DNA from: an uncultured bacterium
Lineage (GTDB): Bacteria > Chlamydiota > Chlamydiia > Chlamydiales > VFKH01
Direction of reading: 5' to 3'
Assembly (NCBI GenBank): GCA_964630595.1
Contig: CAZVVT010000002.1
Location: forward strand, 1,609-65,608
Length of the DNA: 64,000 nucleotides
A program made the translations under genes and the position numbers. Below the pieces are notes generated by a model. That model made no database searches and was not told where the DNA came from. It was given only the letters and a program-made list of their open reading frames with translations. Shown piece by piece: positions 46,512 to 57,224 of the stretch (position 1 is its first letter; every line of letters starts with the position of its first letter).

Positions 46512-47520
46512 GCAAAGCGGCGATAACCACGCCGCTAAACTCATGAAAGCTCTCCAGACGCTGCGCCCCTCTCTACGCTTCGTCGGCGTGGGTGGGCCAC
46601 AGATGCGCGCCGCTGGCCTTCATTGCCTTATCCCCCAAGAAAAGCTCTCCACGATGGGATTTACGCAGGTTCTGCGCCGTATTTTCGAACTGCTGGGCTA
46701 TCTTAGCCAGCTGCGCAGAGAAATTGTGCAGCGCAAACCACTGGCCGTGATCTCCGTCGACTTCCCCGATTTCCATTTCCATCTCGCCCGCATGACGCGC
46801 AAAGCGGGCTACAAGGGTCCTTGGATCCACTATATCTCCCCATCGCTATGGGCGTGGAGAAAAGGGCGCGCCAAGTCCATCTCGCGACTTGTCGATAAGG
46901 TTCTGTGCATCTTCCCCTTTGAACCCGCCTACTATCCGGAAGGCAAGGCGCTCTTTGTGGGAAACCCTAGCGCAGCGGAGTTTTCACCGGAGGAAAAACG
47001 GCCTGGCGTAGCGATTTTCCCTGGAAGTCGCCCCGGTGTGGTAGCGCACAATCTGCCCCTACAGCTGAGTGCCGCGCGCCTTTTGGGGCTACCCATCACG
47101 ATCTCTGTGGCCAATTCGGCCTGCAGAGCCATTATCGAGCCCCTTGCTGCCGGTGCAACGCTCGTTTCTGATTCCCACCGCTCTTACGAGCACGCCATTG
47201 CCACAAGCGGCACAATTGTCTTGGAATTAGCCCTTGCAGGCACTCCTACGGTGTGCACCTACTGCGTCTCGAAGTTGAATATGTGGGTTGGTGAGCACAT
47301 CTTCGGCATCCAGAAGCAATTTTTCTGCCTGCCCAACATTTTGCTAGGCCGAGAAATTGTTCCAGAACTCATCGGCGCACAGATCACTGCAGAAGAGATT
47401 GTGAGCCATATGGGACGAGTAACGGCTGCAAAAGAACTGACCAAAATCCTCACCTCAGGATATAAAAATCCCTCTCTACAAGCAGCGGAGGCCGTTCTCA
47501 CATGCGTTTCAAAAATCTAG
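46435..47520 (+). CDS. lpxB: Lipid-A-disaccharide synthase
   Basis: IILLAGEQSGDNHAAKLMKAL (compare E. coli ALVAGETSGDILGA) and GT19 collinearity. Candidate starts at 46435, 46441 or 46462 all overlap the LAB_N ORF by 50-77 nt in another frame. Confidence 0.85.
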   Translation: MAMASGSSPMFATSSSSDEIILLAGEQSGDNHAAKLMKALQTLRPSLRFVGVGGPQMRAAGLHCLIPQEKLSTMGFTQVLRRIFELLGYLSQLRREIVQRKPLAVISVDFPDFHFHLARMTRKAGYKGPWIHYISPSLWAWRKGRAKSISRLVDKVLCIFPFEPAYYPEGKALFVGNPSAAEFSPEEKRPGVAIFPGSRPGVVAHNLPLQLSAARLLGLPITISVANSACRAIIEPLAAGATLVSDSHRSYEHAIATSGTIVLELALAGTPTVCTYCVSKLNMWVGEHIFGIQKQFFCLPNILLGREIVPELIGAQITAEEIVSHMGRVTAAKELTKILTSGYKNPSLQAAEAVLTCVSKI

Positions 47521-48281
47521 TTGTCACCCTTCTCCTCTCCAGCTTCTGCCGCGGCGCGATTGTGCAAATCGATCAGATCAACGACCTCTACAGCTATCTC
47601 AAGCCCTCTACGCTGGTGATTTTTGATATCGACAACACCCTCATGATGACCTCCCAGCAGCTGGGTTCTGACCAATGGTTTTGCAAACGAAGTGCCGATT
47701 ATCAAGCGAAGGGACTCTCGTTCCAAGAGGCTACGGACAAGGCCCTTTCGGAGTGGGTAGCGATTCAGAGCATTACACGCGTAAAGCCGGTGGAAACAGG
47801 CGGTCCCGAGGTTGTGCGGCGCATTCAGCGGCAAGGCTATACGGTGATTGGACTAACAACACGTGGGCTGGGGCTTTCTACGCGCACTGTAGAGCAGCTG
47901 CACTCCATAGGCATTGATCTTTCGCAGACGGCTCCCACGCAAGAGGAGACTTTTTTTAAGGCCACACGCGGCGTTCTCTTTCGTGGAGGCATTCTTTTTA
48001 CGGCGGGAACGGATAAAGGGGTCTCTCTTTTTCGGTTCCTTGATCGATTGGATTTCACGCCGAAGTCGATTGTCTTCATCAATGACAAAACTACCCATCT
48101 CGAGGAGGTAGAGAAAGCGGCTCGAGCACGCGGCATCGAATTTTTGGGGCTGCGCTATAGTCGCACCGATGAGTGGGTGGCCTCTTTCAACCCTGAAATC
48201 ACCGACATTCAACTCCGCTCTTTCGGCCATATTTTGAGCGACGAAGAGGCGGAAAAACTTCTCACTCCTCAGGTCCCTTAA
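47502..48281 (+). CDS. Secreted HAD-superfamily-like protein (DUF2608-like)
   Basis: Signal peptide MRFKNLVVTLLLSSFC and HAD motif I LVIFDIDNTLM. 259 aa. Confidence 0.65.
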   Translation: MRFKNLVVTLLLSSFCRGAIVQIDQINDLYSYLKPSTLVIFDIDNTLMMTSQQLGSDQWFCKRSADYQAKGLSFQEATDKALSEWVAIQSITRVKPVETGGPEVVRRIQRQGYTVIGLTTRGLGLSTRTVEQLHSIGIDLSQTAPTQEETFFKATRGVLFRGGILFTAGTDKGVSLFRFLDRLDFTPKSIVFINDKTTHLEEVEKAARARGIEFLGLRYSRTDEWVASFNPEITDIQLRSFGHILSDEEAEKLLTPQVP

Positions 48282-48282
48282 G

Positions 48283-49587
48283 ATGAAGATTTGGGAAGAG
48301 TTCTTACAAAAGCTGGAAAAAGATTTGGGCTCCAAGGTCACGAAAAAGTGGCTGGCCGGACTGCAGCTTCTTCGTTACGACGCTCCCGGACTTTATCTCC
48401 AAGCCAAAGATTCCTTTCAGGCCCACTGGTTTGAAGAACATGTGCGTCCAAAAGCTGCGCTTGTTGACAACGGCAAGAAGATCAAAATCCATCTTAGCGT
48501 TGCCTCTGTGCAGGAGCAGGCACGCACCAAGAAACGGGAAAAGGTGCCCCCTCTCAAGATTGAATGGGCGCCGCTCGACAGCGAATTAAGCTTTGACCAA
48601 TTCTTCTTCACGGAAGAAAACGCCCTCGCCGAGAAGGTTCTGCACCAACTCAAAGAGGGCACCATGGATCGCTCTTTCAACCCCATTTTCATTCATGGCC
48701 CCTCTGGCAGCGGCAAGAGCCATCTTTTGAACGCCCTCGCTATTGAGCTGAAAAGCCGCGGGCTTAAAGTCATTCACGCCAAAGCCGAAGTCTTCACAGA
48801 GCATGTTGTGGGAGCGATTCGCTCAGCACAGATGGACCTTTTTCGCGCCGCCTACCGCCATGCAGATGCCCTTTTGATCGACGATGTACAAATCCTTTCT
48901 GGCAAAGCCTCTACGCAGGAGGAGTTCTTCCACACTTTCAACACTCTTCATCTCGATGGCCGCACGATCATTCTTACGGCCAACTGCGCACCTGGTGAAC
49001 TGACTGGCATGGAGCCGCGACTGATCAGCCGCTTTCAGTGGGGCATTGGGCTCCAGCTCTCGCTGCCGAAGCGTGCAGAGACCAAGCATCTTCTGCTCAA
49101 ACGCGCCAAAGCCATGGGCCTCCACCTCGACGACAGCGCCATCGATGCTCTCGTCTCCACCTTCACCAGCCTTAAGCGACTCCTCAAGGCATTGCAAACG
49201 GCCTCTTTCCGCACTCACAACCGCAAAAAAACGCTCACCGGAGAGGCTCTCCTCGATCTTCTGCCCGATCTCATCGATGAAGAAAAGCAGGCGCAAATCA
49301 CCCCCGACGCTGTCATTCAGGCCGTCGCCCAACATTTCGGCATCCTTGTTGAGGACATCATGGGCAAGTCGCAAAGTCGCGAGTGCGTATTGCCTCGCCA
49401 AGTCGCCATGGCCCTCTGCCGCCATCAACTCGCCCTCCCCTTCACGCGCATCGGCACCATCTTCGGTCGCGACCACTCCACCGTGATGAGCTCGATTCGC
49501 CAAGTCAGCAAGCTGCAACAAAGCAATAAGGACCTCTCCTCGTCGCTCTCCCGTTTAACCCAACAACTCTTCGTAAAAGCCTCATGA
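48283..49587 (+). CDS. dnaA: Chromosomal replication initiator protein DnaA
   Basis: 434 aa. Walker A GPSGSGKSHLLNA, LLIDDVQ, and the domain IV signature FGRDHSTVMSSIRQV. Confidence 0.93.
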   Translation: MKIWEEFLQKLEKDLGSKVTKKWLAGLQLLRYDAPGLYLQAKDSFQAHWFEEHVRPKAALVDNGKKIKIHLSVASVQEQARTKKREKVPPLKIEWAPLDSELSFDQFFFTEENALAEKVLHQLKEGTMDRSFNPIFIHGPSGSGKSHLLNALAIELKSRGLKVIHAKAEVFTEHVVGAIRSAQMDLFRAAYRHADALLIDDVQILSGKASTQEEFFHTFNTLHLDGRTIILTANCAPGELTGMEPRLISRFQWGIGLQLSLPKRAETKHLLLKRAKAMGLHLDDSAIDALVSTFTSLKRLLKALQTASFRTHNRKKTLTGEALLDLLPDLIDEEKQAQITPDAVIQAVAQHFGILVEDIMGKSQSRECVLPRQVAMALCRHQLALPFTRIGTIFGRDHSTVMSSIRQVSKLQQSNKDLSSSLSRLTQQLFVKAS

Positions 49588-49964
49588 AATCGATCCACAC
49601 ACCAGATGCCCCCGCCGCTATTGGCCCCTACTCTCAAGCTATCCAAGCAGGAGACTTTCTCTTCATCTCAGGCCAGCTTCCCATCAACCCCGCCAGCGGC
49701 ACGATTGAAGCTGTCACTATCGAAGGCCAAACCGAGCAGGTCCTGAAAAACCTCGAGGCTATCTTAAAAGCCGCTGGTCTCACCTTTAACAAGGTCGTGC
49801 GCTCTGAAATTTATCTGAAAGATATGAGTGATTTTGCCGTCGTCAACGGCCTCTACGGCCAGTGCTTCCCCGGCCACAAACCTGCTCGTCAAACCCTACA
49901 GGTCGCGAAGCTACCCCTCGACGCCCGCATTGAGATTTCCATGATTGCCTGTTGTGCAGCTTGA
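49584..49964 (+). CDS. ridA: RidA/YjgF family reactive-intermediate deaminase
   Basis: 126 aa. APAAIGPYSQAI... and the C-terminal LPLDARIEI pattern. Confidence 0.9.
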   Translation: MKSIHTPDAPAAIGPYSQAIQAGDFLFISGQLPINPASGTIEAVTIEGQTEQVLKNLEAILKAAGLTFNKVVRSEIYLKDMSDFAVVNGLYGQCFPGHKPARQTLQVAKLPLDARIEISMIACCAA

Positions 49965-51020
49965 GAGGATCTCAATTGTCAAGCCACCCTTTGTAGGATC
50001 GTTCAAGGAAAGGTTTTGATGCATAGAGGCATAGCACACATGCTCGCCTTTTTTGAAACGTACCTGTTGGTCAACTGAGGCGATGACGTCGCCATCTTCT
50101 TGTATGGTAAGAGTGAATTTACGAGCTGTTGGGATCTCGCTTGGTTCTACTTGCGCCGCCTCTTCTGGATATGCCCTTTGCATAAGCCCCAGCATGATTC
50201 CTGTTCCGTAACCCATAAATTGCTGTTCAAAAGCTTCTAGAACATTGCGCGCCTTTTCCAAATCCTCGCCTAACTTGCCTGCTACTGCTAGAAGAATCCG
50301 CCAAGCTACCTGTGGTTGATCCGTGGTAAGGGGAAGAGGTTCATATACTTCGCCAAACTCTTCAAATACTTCTTTCTCGATTGTAATGACTCGTTTTGGT
50401 TGTTCACCAGGCGATTGAATATGAAGATAATGGGCAGCACGAGCAATTTCCTTAGCAAACTCCGCTTGCAAAGGAAATGGATTCGTACGCTCTGGATTTA
50501 ATGGATCAGCAAGAGTGCCCACTTCTATATCAGGTTGTCGTCCAACTCTGGCACAATCTTGGCGAATTGCCGCGTAGCTTAAGGGGGTGAAATTAAGAGT
50601 ATAGTCAGGAGAGGCGTGATTCGTTAACTCATGCACATCTACTATGGGCACCCTAATCGTCGTTACATGCAGCGGGTGTGCTTTGCGAATAGCGTCAGCG
50701 CTTTGTGCATAAAACGCATTTCGCGATGCAGGATTTGCGCTATTTGTAGCGACTAATTTCGTCTCTTCTTGCGGGTCACATTTGCGGATCAATCCAATTT
50801 CAAGATCGACATTCCACGCATGGACGCGGTGCAGAGCCTGCAAAGAACGCTTCGCGCACTCCTCGATCTTCGCTATTCGGTAGCTATGCCCTGTAAAAAA
50901 CGAGGTGATCCAGAGGATGATGCGGCGACCCCATTCAAGCTTAGAAAAACCCCTGGTCTCATTGTAGTAGTAATCGCGAATAACCTTATCTTGGATACTA
51001 CTAAGAGCGTTATCTGCCAT
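49911..51020 (-). CDS. Orphan protein, no recognised domain
   Basis: 369-aa ORF. AT-richer than its neighbours (line 50401 counts 43% GC). Overlaps the ridA end by 54 nt and lgt by 11 nt. Confidence 0.55.
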   Translation of the reverse strand: MADNALSSIQDKVIRDYYYNETRGFSKLEWGRRIILWITSFFTGHSYRIAKIEECAKRSLQALHRVHAWNVDLEIGLIRKCDPQEETKLVATNSANPASRNAFYAQSADAIRKAHPLHVTTIRVPIVDVHELTNHASPDYTLNFTPLSYAAIRQDCARVGRQPDIEVGTLADPLNPERTNPFPLQAEFAKEIARAAHYLHIQSPGEQPKRVITIEKEVFEEFGEVYEPLPLTTDQPQVAWRILLAVAGKLGEDLEKARNVLEAFEQQFMGYGTGIMLGLMQRAYPEEAAQVEPSEIPTARKFTLTIQEDGDVIASVDQQVRFKKGEHVCYASMHQNLSLNDPTKGGLTIEILSSCTTGNHGNLNAGVEG

Positions 51021-51801
51021 ATCCTTTATTATACCACCCTCTGTAAAGAAGCGCAGCCCCTAGAACGATAAGGGGTAGGCTGAGCCATTGGCCCATGGTG
51101 ATATAAGGCGTAAGTACTTGACCCTGAGGCACTTTGATAAATTCGATCAGAAACCGGCCCGAGAACCCGATCAGGAAGAAAAGGCCGCTGAGCACCCCTG
51201 CTCCCATGCGGGTATACTTTTGGACCCGCCAGAGGCCAAAAAAGAGGGCGAAATAGAGAAGGGCTTCGTAGAGCTGAGCGGGATGAAGGGGCTGAGGGCT
51301 GATCTGGCCAAAGACGATGCCCCAGGGCAATTGCGTGACTGTGCCTACGATCTCTTGGTTGATGAAATTGCCCAGGCGGATGAAGCCCGCAGCGAGCGAG
51401 CAGGGCGTGACCATGAGATCCAGCACGACGAGGTAGCGCAAATGGCTCACGCGCGCATGAATCCAGATGGCGCCAAAGATGGCTAGAATGCCGCCATGGC
51501 TTGCCAGTCCCCCTTCCCACACCGCCAGGATTTTCCACGGATGGCGGCTGTAATAGGGCCACTCATAGAAAAAGACCTCTCCTAGCCGCGCTCCCACAAC
51601 CGTAGCAATGATCACCAACAACAAAAGCCGATCGGCTAACTGCAGCCCCAGCACTTTGTCTTTAGTGTAAGCAAAGAATTCCCACCGCAAAAAGAAGTAG
51701 GCGAGGAGAAATCCGAGCGCAAAGCAGACTCCGTACCATGCCACGGGGTGGTTCACCACGGGCAGATGGAACGCAATACGTGAGGGATCCCAGATGATCA
51801 T
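51010..51801 (-). CDS. lgt: Prolipoprotein diacylglyceryl transferase
   Basis: 263 aa. GGLASHGGILA, IRLGNFINQE and HPAQLYEAL motifs. Confidence 0.93.
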   Translation of the reverse strand: MIIWDPSRIAFHLPVVNHPVAWYGVCFALGFLLAYFFLRWEFFAYTKDKVLGLQLADRLLLLVIIATVVGARLGEVFFYEWPYYSRHPWKILAVWEGGLASHGGILAIFGAIWIHARVSHLRYLVVLDLMVTPCSLAAGFIRLGNFINQEIVGTVTQLPWGIVFGQISPQPLHPAQLYEALLYFALFFGLWRVQKYTRMGAGVLSGLFFLIGFSGRFLIEFIKVPQGQVLTPYITMGQWLSLPLIVLGAALLYRGWYNKGYGR

Positions 51802-52295
51802 GTGTGAGCGGTTTTCGAAACGTTGATCTGGCGGAAGTATTGCACACTTCCGTTGATGAGTGCGGAACCGACAGCTACATCCACCAAGCCGCGAATGTCA
51901 TTGGGAATGCCGCTTGCACGCATCAAAGCTCCAAGCCCTATCATTGCTGCAATGAGCAAATAGAAAAGAGGGCTGTACAACTTTCCAATCGGTGTTGGTT
52001 CTTTGAAAGAGCGAATGCGTGCCACCGCTCGCCTTACTGTCTTTGCCAGCACAAAGCGACTCTTGAAGTAGCCCACAGCCAACGCCGCCGCTACCAGCAC
52101 CATGCCCGCCTGCTCATAGCCGCCCGAAACGGGAGCTACGACGCTGATCAACGAACTGCCTTCTGTTGGAAAAAGCTGATGCACCAGTGCTGTTTCAACA
52201 ATGAGGCGCAGGCCTAAAGTGAGAAGGCCCAACCCCACAACCAGCCAGACAAACCCGGCCAGTCCAATCATGATTTTGTGTGATACTTTGAACAT
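51798..52295 (-). CDS. Hypothetical 4-TM membrane protein
   Basis: 165 aa with four hydrophobic helices. Overlaps lgt by 4 nt, suggesting co-transcription. Confidence 0.6.
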   Translation of the reverse strand: MFKVSHKIMIGLAGFVWLVVGLGLLTLGLRLIVETALVHQLFPTEGSSLISVVAPVSGGYEQAGMVLVAAALAVGYFKSRFVLAKTVRRAVARIRSFKEPTPIGKLYSPLFYLLIAAMIGLGALMRASGIPNDIRGLVDVAVGSALINGSVQYFRQINVSKTAHT

Positions 52296-52323
52296 GGCAG
52301 CAGTTTGGCAGAAACCCCATCAA

Positions 52324-52668
52324 CTAGCAAGTCAGGGCGACGGCGGTGGCGTACTCTTTGCAGTGGCTCATGCTGATCTGCACATTGTGAGAGGCGAAGC
52401 GCCCAGAGAGACGGGCGGTGGGCTTACCTAAAGAGTCATTGGTGATTTCGATGTCGTGGAAACCGATGCCTTCGCGAAAACCAGTGCCGAGGGCTTTGAC
52501 GATGGCCTCTTTGGCGCAGAAGCGAGCGGCGAAGGCAGCACCAGGACGTTTTTGTTTCATGCAGTGAGCAATCTCAGACGGAGTGAAGACCTTGTGGAGG
52601 AAAGCATCGCCGCGGCGCTTCCAGGCCGCCTCTACACGGGCGATTTCGATGATGTCAGTGCCTATCAT
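52324..52668 (-). CDS. acpS: Holo-[acyl-carrier-protein] synthase
   Basis: Trimmed to ATG 52668, giving 114 aa. [12 protein letters not shown]...FAARFCAKEAIVKALG...SMSHCKEYA. Confidence 0.9.
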   Translation of the reverse strand: MIGTDIIEIARVEAAWKRRGDAFLHKVFTPSEIAHCMKQKRPGAAFAARFCAKEAIVKALGTGFREGIGFHDIEITNDSLGKPTARLSGRFASHNVQISMSHCKEYATAVALTC

Positions 52669-53459
52669 ATGCCGAAAGGAATGGTGAGGGTGAGAGCGGC
52701 AGCTTGGCGGTTGTTGGGGGCTTGCCGAGCCGCGAGCCGTATTGTCCATTGTACACCAATTTCGCCCACGGTGTAAATGGAGGCAGTCCAAGCCATTTTC
52801 AGATCGGTGCGCTCCGTAGCAATGGGGCCCCAGCCGTACAAGAAACCCTCGATGCCAGGAAAAGAGTTGCGGCCCAAGCCAACAAGCCGCTCAATAGAGG
52901 CCGAAAGGGACATGTTGTCGCTCATGTTTTTCGCCAGTGTTGCTTGCAGACGCCACCAAGACGATCCTTGGGTCGGAGCACCAAAAGCAACCAGCCCCCA
53001 AAGACGCCAATCCCAGAAGCAGCCGCATGCCCACTCTTTACCCAAAGAAATCTGCGCTTCAGCTTGCGTGTAGCCAAAGTAGTTCAGTGAAGGGTCCTTA
53101 AGGCCCCACTTACTCGCCTCATCAAGACGCAAGGCTACGGTCAAACTCATCGGATCGCAGCCATTCACGTCATTGAGAAGTTGGTAGCGGCCGAGGGCGG
53201 AGAGCCCGACCGGCTTAAAGGTGTTGGCCGTTGTGGCCGCAGTATAGGCAGCAAGAGCAAATTGCCACTCCTCAAGAGAGGCACTCAAACGGGCCATCGC
53301 CAAATGGTCCCAGCTCGTGTAGTTCACAGAGCCGATGCCAGCGTAATGGGCAATTTCCCAAGAGCCATCAGCTACAAGTTCGTAAGGGTTGCCAAGCCAG
53401 GGCTGCTCTAGGTCCGCTGCAACAAGGGCGATAGGCAAAAAGAGGAGCGCCTTCTTCAT
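52665..53459 (-). CDS. Putative outer-membrane beta-barrel protein
   Basis: 264 aa. Signal peptide [15 protein letters not shown], an aromatic-rich alternating pattern, and a C-terminal LTLTIPFGI. 3 Cys. Confidence 0.5.
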   Translation of the reverse strand: MKKALLFLPIALVAADLEQPWLGNPYELVADGSWEIAHYAGIGSVNYTSWDHLAMARLSASLEEWQFALAAYTAATTANTFKPVGLSALGRYQLLNDVNGCDPMSLTVALRLDEASKWGLKDPSLNYFGYTQAEAQISLGKEWACGCFWDWRLWGLVAFGAPTQGSSWWRLQATLAKNMSDNMSLSASIERLVGLGRNSFPGIEGFLYGWGPIATERTDLKMAWTASIYTVGEIGVQWTIRLAARQAPNNRQAAALTLTIPFGI

Positions 53460-54391
53460 TGGCTAAGGAAACGCTCTGCTTCGAGGGCCGCCATACAGCC
53501 GCTACCGGCCGCCGTCACCGCTTGGCGGTAGATATGGTCTTGCACATCCCCTGCGGCAAAGACACCCTTGATGTTGGTGCCCGCCGTCCCCGCAATCGTC
53601 TTGATATAACCATTGGGGTGCAGGTCGATTTGGCCATTGAGAAATCCTGTATTGGGCTGGTGACCAATGGCAAAGAAGACTCCGCCAGCGGTGCGCTTTG
53701 TCATCTCGCCAGTGACCACATTCTTGATCACCACTTCGCCCACAACATCCCGGCCGTTGACCTGCTCGATCACGCTATTCCACAGCACCTCGATTTTGGG
53801 GTGCTTGAGAGCACGCTCGCCCATGATCTTCGAAGCACGAAACTGGTCTCTTCGGTGCACAATGATCACCTTGCTGCCGTAGTGCGTTAAGAAAAGTGCC
53901 TCTTCCATCGCCGTGTCGCCACCGCCAATGACAAAGAGCTCCTTATCGCGGAAGATCGGGGCTGCGCCATCGCATACGGCGCACGCCGTTACCCCTTTTT
54001 GCCAAAACTGTCCGTCGAGTGTGCCAGGCACATCGAGACGTTTGGCCACAGCTCCAGTGGCAATGATCACGCTATCGGCCGTGAAGGTGCGCTCGGGAGA
54101 AACCACTGTGAAAGGGCGCTTGGAAAAGTCGACGCTCTCTACATCTTCGGTGTAGATCTCCGTACCGAAACGCTCCGCTTGCTTGCGGAAAGCCGCCATC
54201 AAATCAGGACCTGTGATCCCTTCGGGAAAGCCGGGATAGTTTTCCACCTCCGTTGTCGTCATCAGCTGCCCGCCTGCTACGCCGGAAAAAAATCCCTCAA
54301 ACAAAACGGGCTGCAGATTCGCTCTCGCTGCATAAATAGCAGCGGTATATCCCGCAGGGCCCGAACCAATAATCACAAGTTTACGATGCAT
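53456..54391 (-). CDS. trxB: Thioredoxin-disulfide reductase
   Basis: [21 protein letters not shown] fold and the redox motif CAVCDG. Start trimmed to ATG 54391; the ORF track starts at 54436. Confidence 0.93.
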   Translation of the reverse strand: MHRKLVIIGSGPAGYTAAIYAARANLQPVLFEGFFSGVAGGQLMTTTEVENYPGFPEGITGPDLMAAFRKQAERFGTEIYTEDVESVDFSKRPFTVVSPERTFTADSVIIATGAVAKRLDVPGTLDGQFWQKGVTACAVCDGAAPIFRDKELFVIGGGDTAMEEALFLTHYGSKVIIVHRRDQFRASKIMGERALKHPKIEVLWNSVIEQVNGRDVVGEVVIKNVVTGEMTKRTAGGVFFAIGHQPNTGFLNGQIDLHPNGYIKTIAGTAGTNIKGVFAAGDVQDHIYRQAVTAAGSGCMAALEAERFLSQ

Positions 54392-54464
54392 GACTATAAT
54401 TCTCGCTTTCTCCAGTGAAAAATTCCACTCTTTCATGTATGATTTTTGGAAATCGTGAGGGAAA

Positions 54465-57224
54465 TTGGTCAGAAGAACGGTTCATAGGTTGTTCAATGTT
54501 TTTGAAGGAGAGCAGCGTCTTGTCGTGCTCTTCGCCGCTTTAGCCTTCCTCTGGTCCTTTGGCGCCTACGCAGCTGTCACCATGGCCGACGGTTTCTTCC
54601 TACAAAACTTAGGCGCGAATCTGCTGCCCCAAGTGTATTTAGTCACCGCTTTGGTGATGTTCGCCGCCTTAAGCCTTTTCCTCTGGGCCTTCAACCACAT
54701 CGACGCATGGCGCATTTATGCGATCTCTTTAGTCTCCATTCTAGCCATCATTGTCGCACTGGCTCTCTATGCGGGCCTGACCACGCCCATCCCGGAGTTT
54801 TGGTTTTTCCTAAAAGTCTTCTGCAATGGATTCACGGTCATTTTGACGACCTGCTTCTGGTTCTTCCTCGACCAATACTTCAACGCGCAGAACTCCAAGC
54901 GCCTCTACACCCTTTTTGCCTCCGCAATCTTTCTGGGCAACGGCGCAGGAAGCCTCTTCTTGAGCCTAGGAATTGATTATTTTGCCGTAGCAGGGGTGCT
55001 CGGCACGGTGGCCCTCTTCTTTCTCGCCTCCTTCTTTTGGGCCAAGTATATCCGCCAGCAGACCACCCAGGTCTTTGATGACCTAACGGAAAGCTCTACG
55101 ACCCCCGAGCGTATCCGCTTTAAACAGCTGGTCAAAGGAACCATTGCTTCAAGGTTCACTCTCCTACTCATGGGCCTTTATCTTTTGATTCAAGTGCTCA
55201 ATATCACAGCCGAACTGACCTACATGCGCGGCTTTGAAATTGCTTTTGCTTCTAGCGGCGACAATGCGCTGACCATCTATTTGAGCAAATGTACAGCATG
55301 GATCTCCCTAGGCAACATGGCCTTTGGGCTTTTTTGCTACAGCCGCATGATCCAACGCATCGGCGTCAACCACGCCGTCTTTATCTCTCCCTCCTTCTTC
55401 CTTGTCGCCTTTTTCGCCTGGGGCTTTACAACGAGCTTGCTTGTGACGGTTTTCGCACTCGCCATCGTTGAGGGCGTTTCTTATGTCATTGATGAGAACA
55501 ACTCCAACTTGCTGCTCAATTCCGTTCCCTCTCACATCAAAAATAAGGCCCGCGTCGCCATCGACTCCTTCTTTGAGCCTCTGGGCATGCTCTCCGCCTC
55601 TCTCCTCTTCTTTTTCAGCGGCACCTCCCCTGCAAGCCTAGGCCTTGTGCTGACCCTCATCACTCTCGCCTTTGCTTTTTTGATCCGCACAGAATACAGA
55701 AACGCCGTCTGGAAGAATCTGCGCGAGATGGGGCTCGACCTCAGGCGCACTTTCGACCAATGGATCCGCCTGATTCACCCCAAAGAAAAGAGGCAGAGCA
55801 CCTACGAATTGCTCGCCATCCTGCACCGCCAAGACGAACATTCTCGCCTCATAGCCTTTGAACTCTTGCTCCACTTTGATGAGCCCAAGCTTTTGAGTAA
55901 ACTGCTGCTTCATGCCGGCCGCCTCTCGATCAAAAGTCGCTTAAAAGTAGTTTCGCTACTGGAAAATTCCCGTTTTTCGAAGCACCCCGAAGTCATCGAA
56001 CGACTACTGCTCTGGATGCGCGAGGTGCCAGGAAGCAATTTGGAGCGCACCATCCAACTCTACTTGGCAAGATTGGGACTACTTCACCCCGAACGCGTAC
56101 GCGAAGGCAACGAGATTGCCCGCATCTACGCTCTCAAAAACTACTGGGCAGGATTAAGTCCTGAAACGATTTCACAAAACCACCTTGAGGCGCAAGAGCT
56201 CTTGGAGGCACTATTGGCCTCGGATCGCCCCGAAAAACTGAGCGCAGGGATTGAAATCTTGGGCAAAGAACCCTCCCCTGCGAACTTTGAACGCGTTTTG
56301 CTCCATTTGAACAACCCTGCAATCGAAGTACAACAGCAAGCCGCGAAAGCTTTAGAATTGCTCATTGAACCCAATGACCTGAATTCGGCAACGCATCTCA
56401 TTGATGTTCTTTCAGGATCGAATAACCCCGAGATGCGCGAATCTTGTCTGCGCGCTCTAGCATTGATTGTCACTCCAGAAATTGCGCGTCCTCTAATCGC
56501 TCAGAGTCTGCACTTTAGACCACAAGAAAGGCGTTCGCTCGAATCGATGATCTTGAGTCTGGGCGACAGTATCTGTGGCGAGATCTGCGAACTCGTGGCC
56601 GACAGCGCTCTTCACGATCGCTGCCGCGTGCTGGCCGGCCGCATCGCGGCTAAACTCAACCGCACGCTTTTTACAGAAAAGCTCTACGCGATCATTCATG
56701 ATGAGCTGATGAAGGCCTACACTGCTTTCTACCATGCCTTGGGTGACCATGAATGGCACTCCGATTATGAACTTCATTTGCTACGCGATGGTCTCAACTC
56801 CTGCGCCCTCTCCTCTATTGACCTCGTCGTGCAGCTCGTTGCCCTCGCCGGCGGTTTTGAAGAGAGCGAACTTCTCTCCGGCCTACTGCACAGCACCAAC
56901 CCTAAAACACGCGCTACGGCCATCGAAACTCTTGAAAAGGCCGCAGAGTCGCGGCTCTGGCTCTTGCTCAAACCTCTGATCGATGACAGTCCATTGGGCG
57001 AAAAGCTGCGGCATGCCGGCCGCTTCACGGAAAGCATGACCCCTGATCAGCTCATCGACTGGCTCGAGCGCATGCCCCACGACACCGCAAAACTCACCTC
57101 TATGATCCTCCGCGCTCGCAGCGGGGCCCAAGGGTGGACCAATCGCATTTTAGAACTCATCGAAGGCAAAGACACTCTCTATCACCAATTTGCCCAAGAA
57201 CTGATCGGAGGACAAACCCATTGA
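54465..57224 (+). CDS. TLC/MFS-like (ATP:ADP-antiporter-family-like) membrane domain fused to HEAT repeats
   Basis: 919 aa with a TTG start preceded by GAGGGA. About 12 TM helices in the first ~420 aa resemble TLC-type carriers ([21 protein letters not shown]). The C-terminal ~480 aa hold HEAT/PBS-lyase-like repeats ([48 protein letters not shown]). Confidence 0.7.
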   Translation: MVRRTVHRLFNVFEGEQRLVVLFAALAFLWSFGAYAAVTMADGFFLQNLGANLLPQVYLVTALVMFAALSLFLWAFNHIDAWRIYAISLVSILAIIVALALYAGLTTPIPEFWFFLKVFCNGFTVILTTCFWFFLDQYFNAQNSKRLYTLFASAIFLGNGAGSLFLSLGIDYFAVAGVLGTVALFFLASFFWAKYIRQQTTQVFDDLTESSTTPERIRFKQLVKGTIASRFTLLLMGLYLLIQVLNITAELTYMRGFEIAFASSGDNALTIYLSKCTAWISLGNMAFGLFCYSRMIQRIGVNHAVFISPSFFLVAFFAWGFTTSLLVTVFALAIVEGVSYVIDENNSNLLLNSVPSHIKNKARVAIDSFFEPLGMLSASLLFFFSGTSPASLGLVLTLITLAFAFLIRTEYRNAVWKNLREMGLDLRRTFDQWIRLIHPKEKRQSTYELLAILHRQDEHSRLIAFELLLHFDEPKLLSKLLLHAGRLSIKSRLKVVSLLENSRFSKHPEVIERLLLWMREVPGSNLERTIQLYLARLGLLHPERVREGNEIARIYALKNYWAGLSPETISQNHLEAQELLEALLASDRPEKLSAGIEILGKEPSPANFERVLLHLNNPAIEVQQQAAKALELLIEPNDLNSATHLIDVLSGSNNPEMRESCLRALALIVTPEIARPLIAQSLHFRPQERRSLESMILSLGDSICGEICELVADSALHDRCRVLAGRIAAKLNRTLFTEKLYAIIHDELMKAYTAFYHALGDHEWHSDYELHLLRDGLNSCALSSIDLVVQLVALAGGFEESELLSGLLHSTNPKTRATAIETLEKAAESRLWLLLKPLIDDSPLGEKLRHAGRFTESMTPDQLIDWLERMPHDTAKLTSMILRARSGAQGWTNRILELIEGKDTLYHQFAQELIGGQTH

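Noticed and set aside
48283-49587. The presence of dnaA suggested a nearby replication origin.
   Set aside because: dnaA starts 1 nt after the upstream gene and overlaps ridA downstream, so there is no intergenic space. By eye I found no cluster of TTATCCACA-like boxes or an AT-rich unwinding element nearby. Chlamydiae carry two dnaA paralogs, so this copy need not mark oriC. A proper DnaA-box scan and GC-skew analysis of the full genome would be needed.
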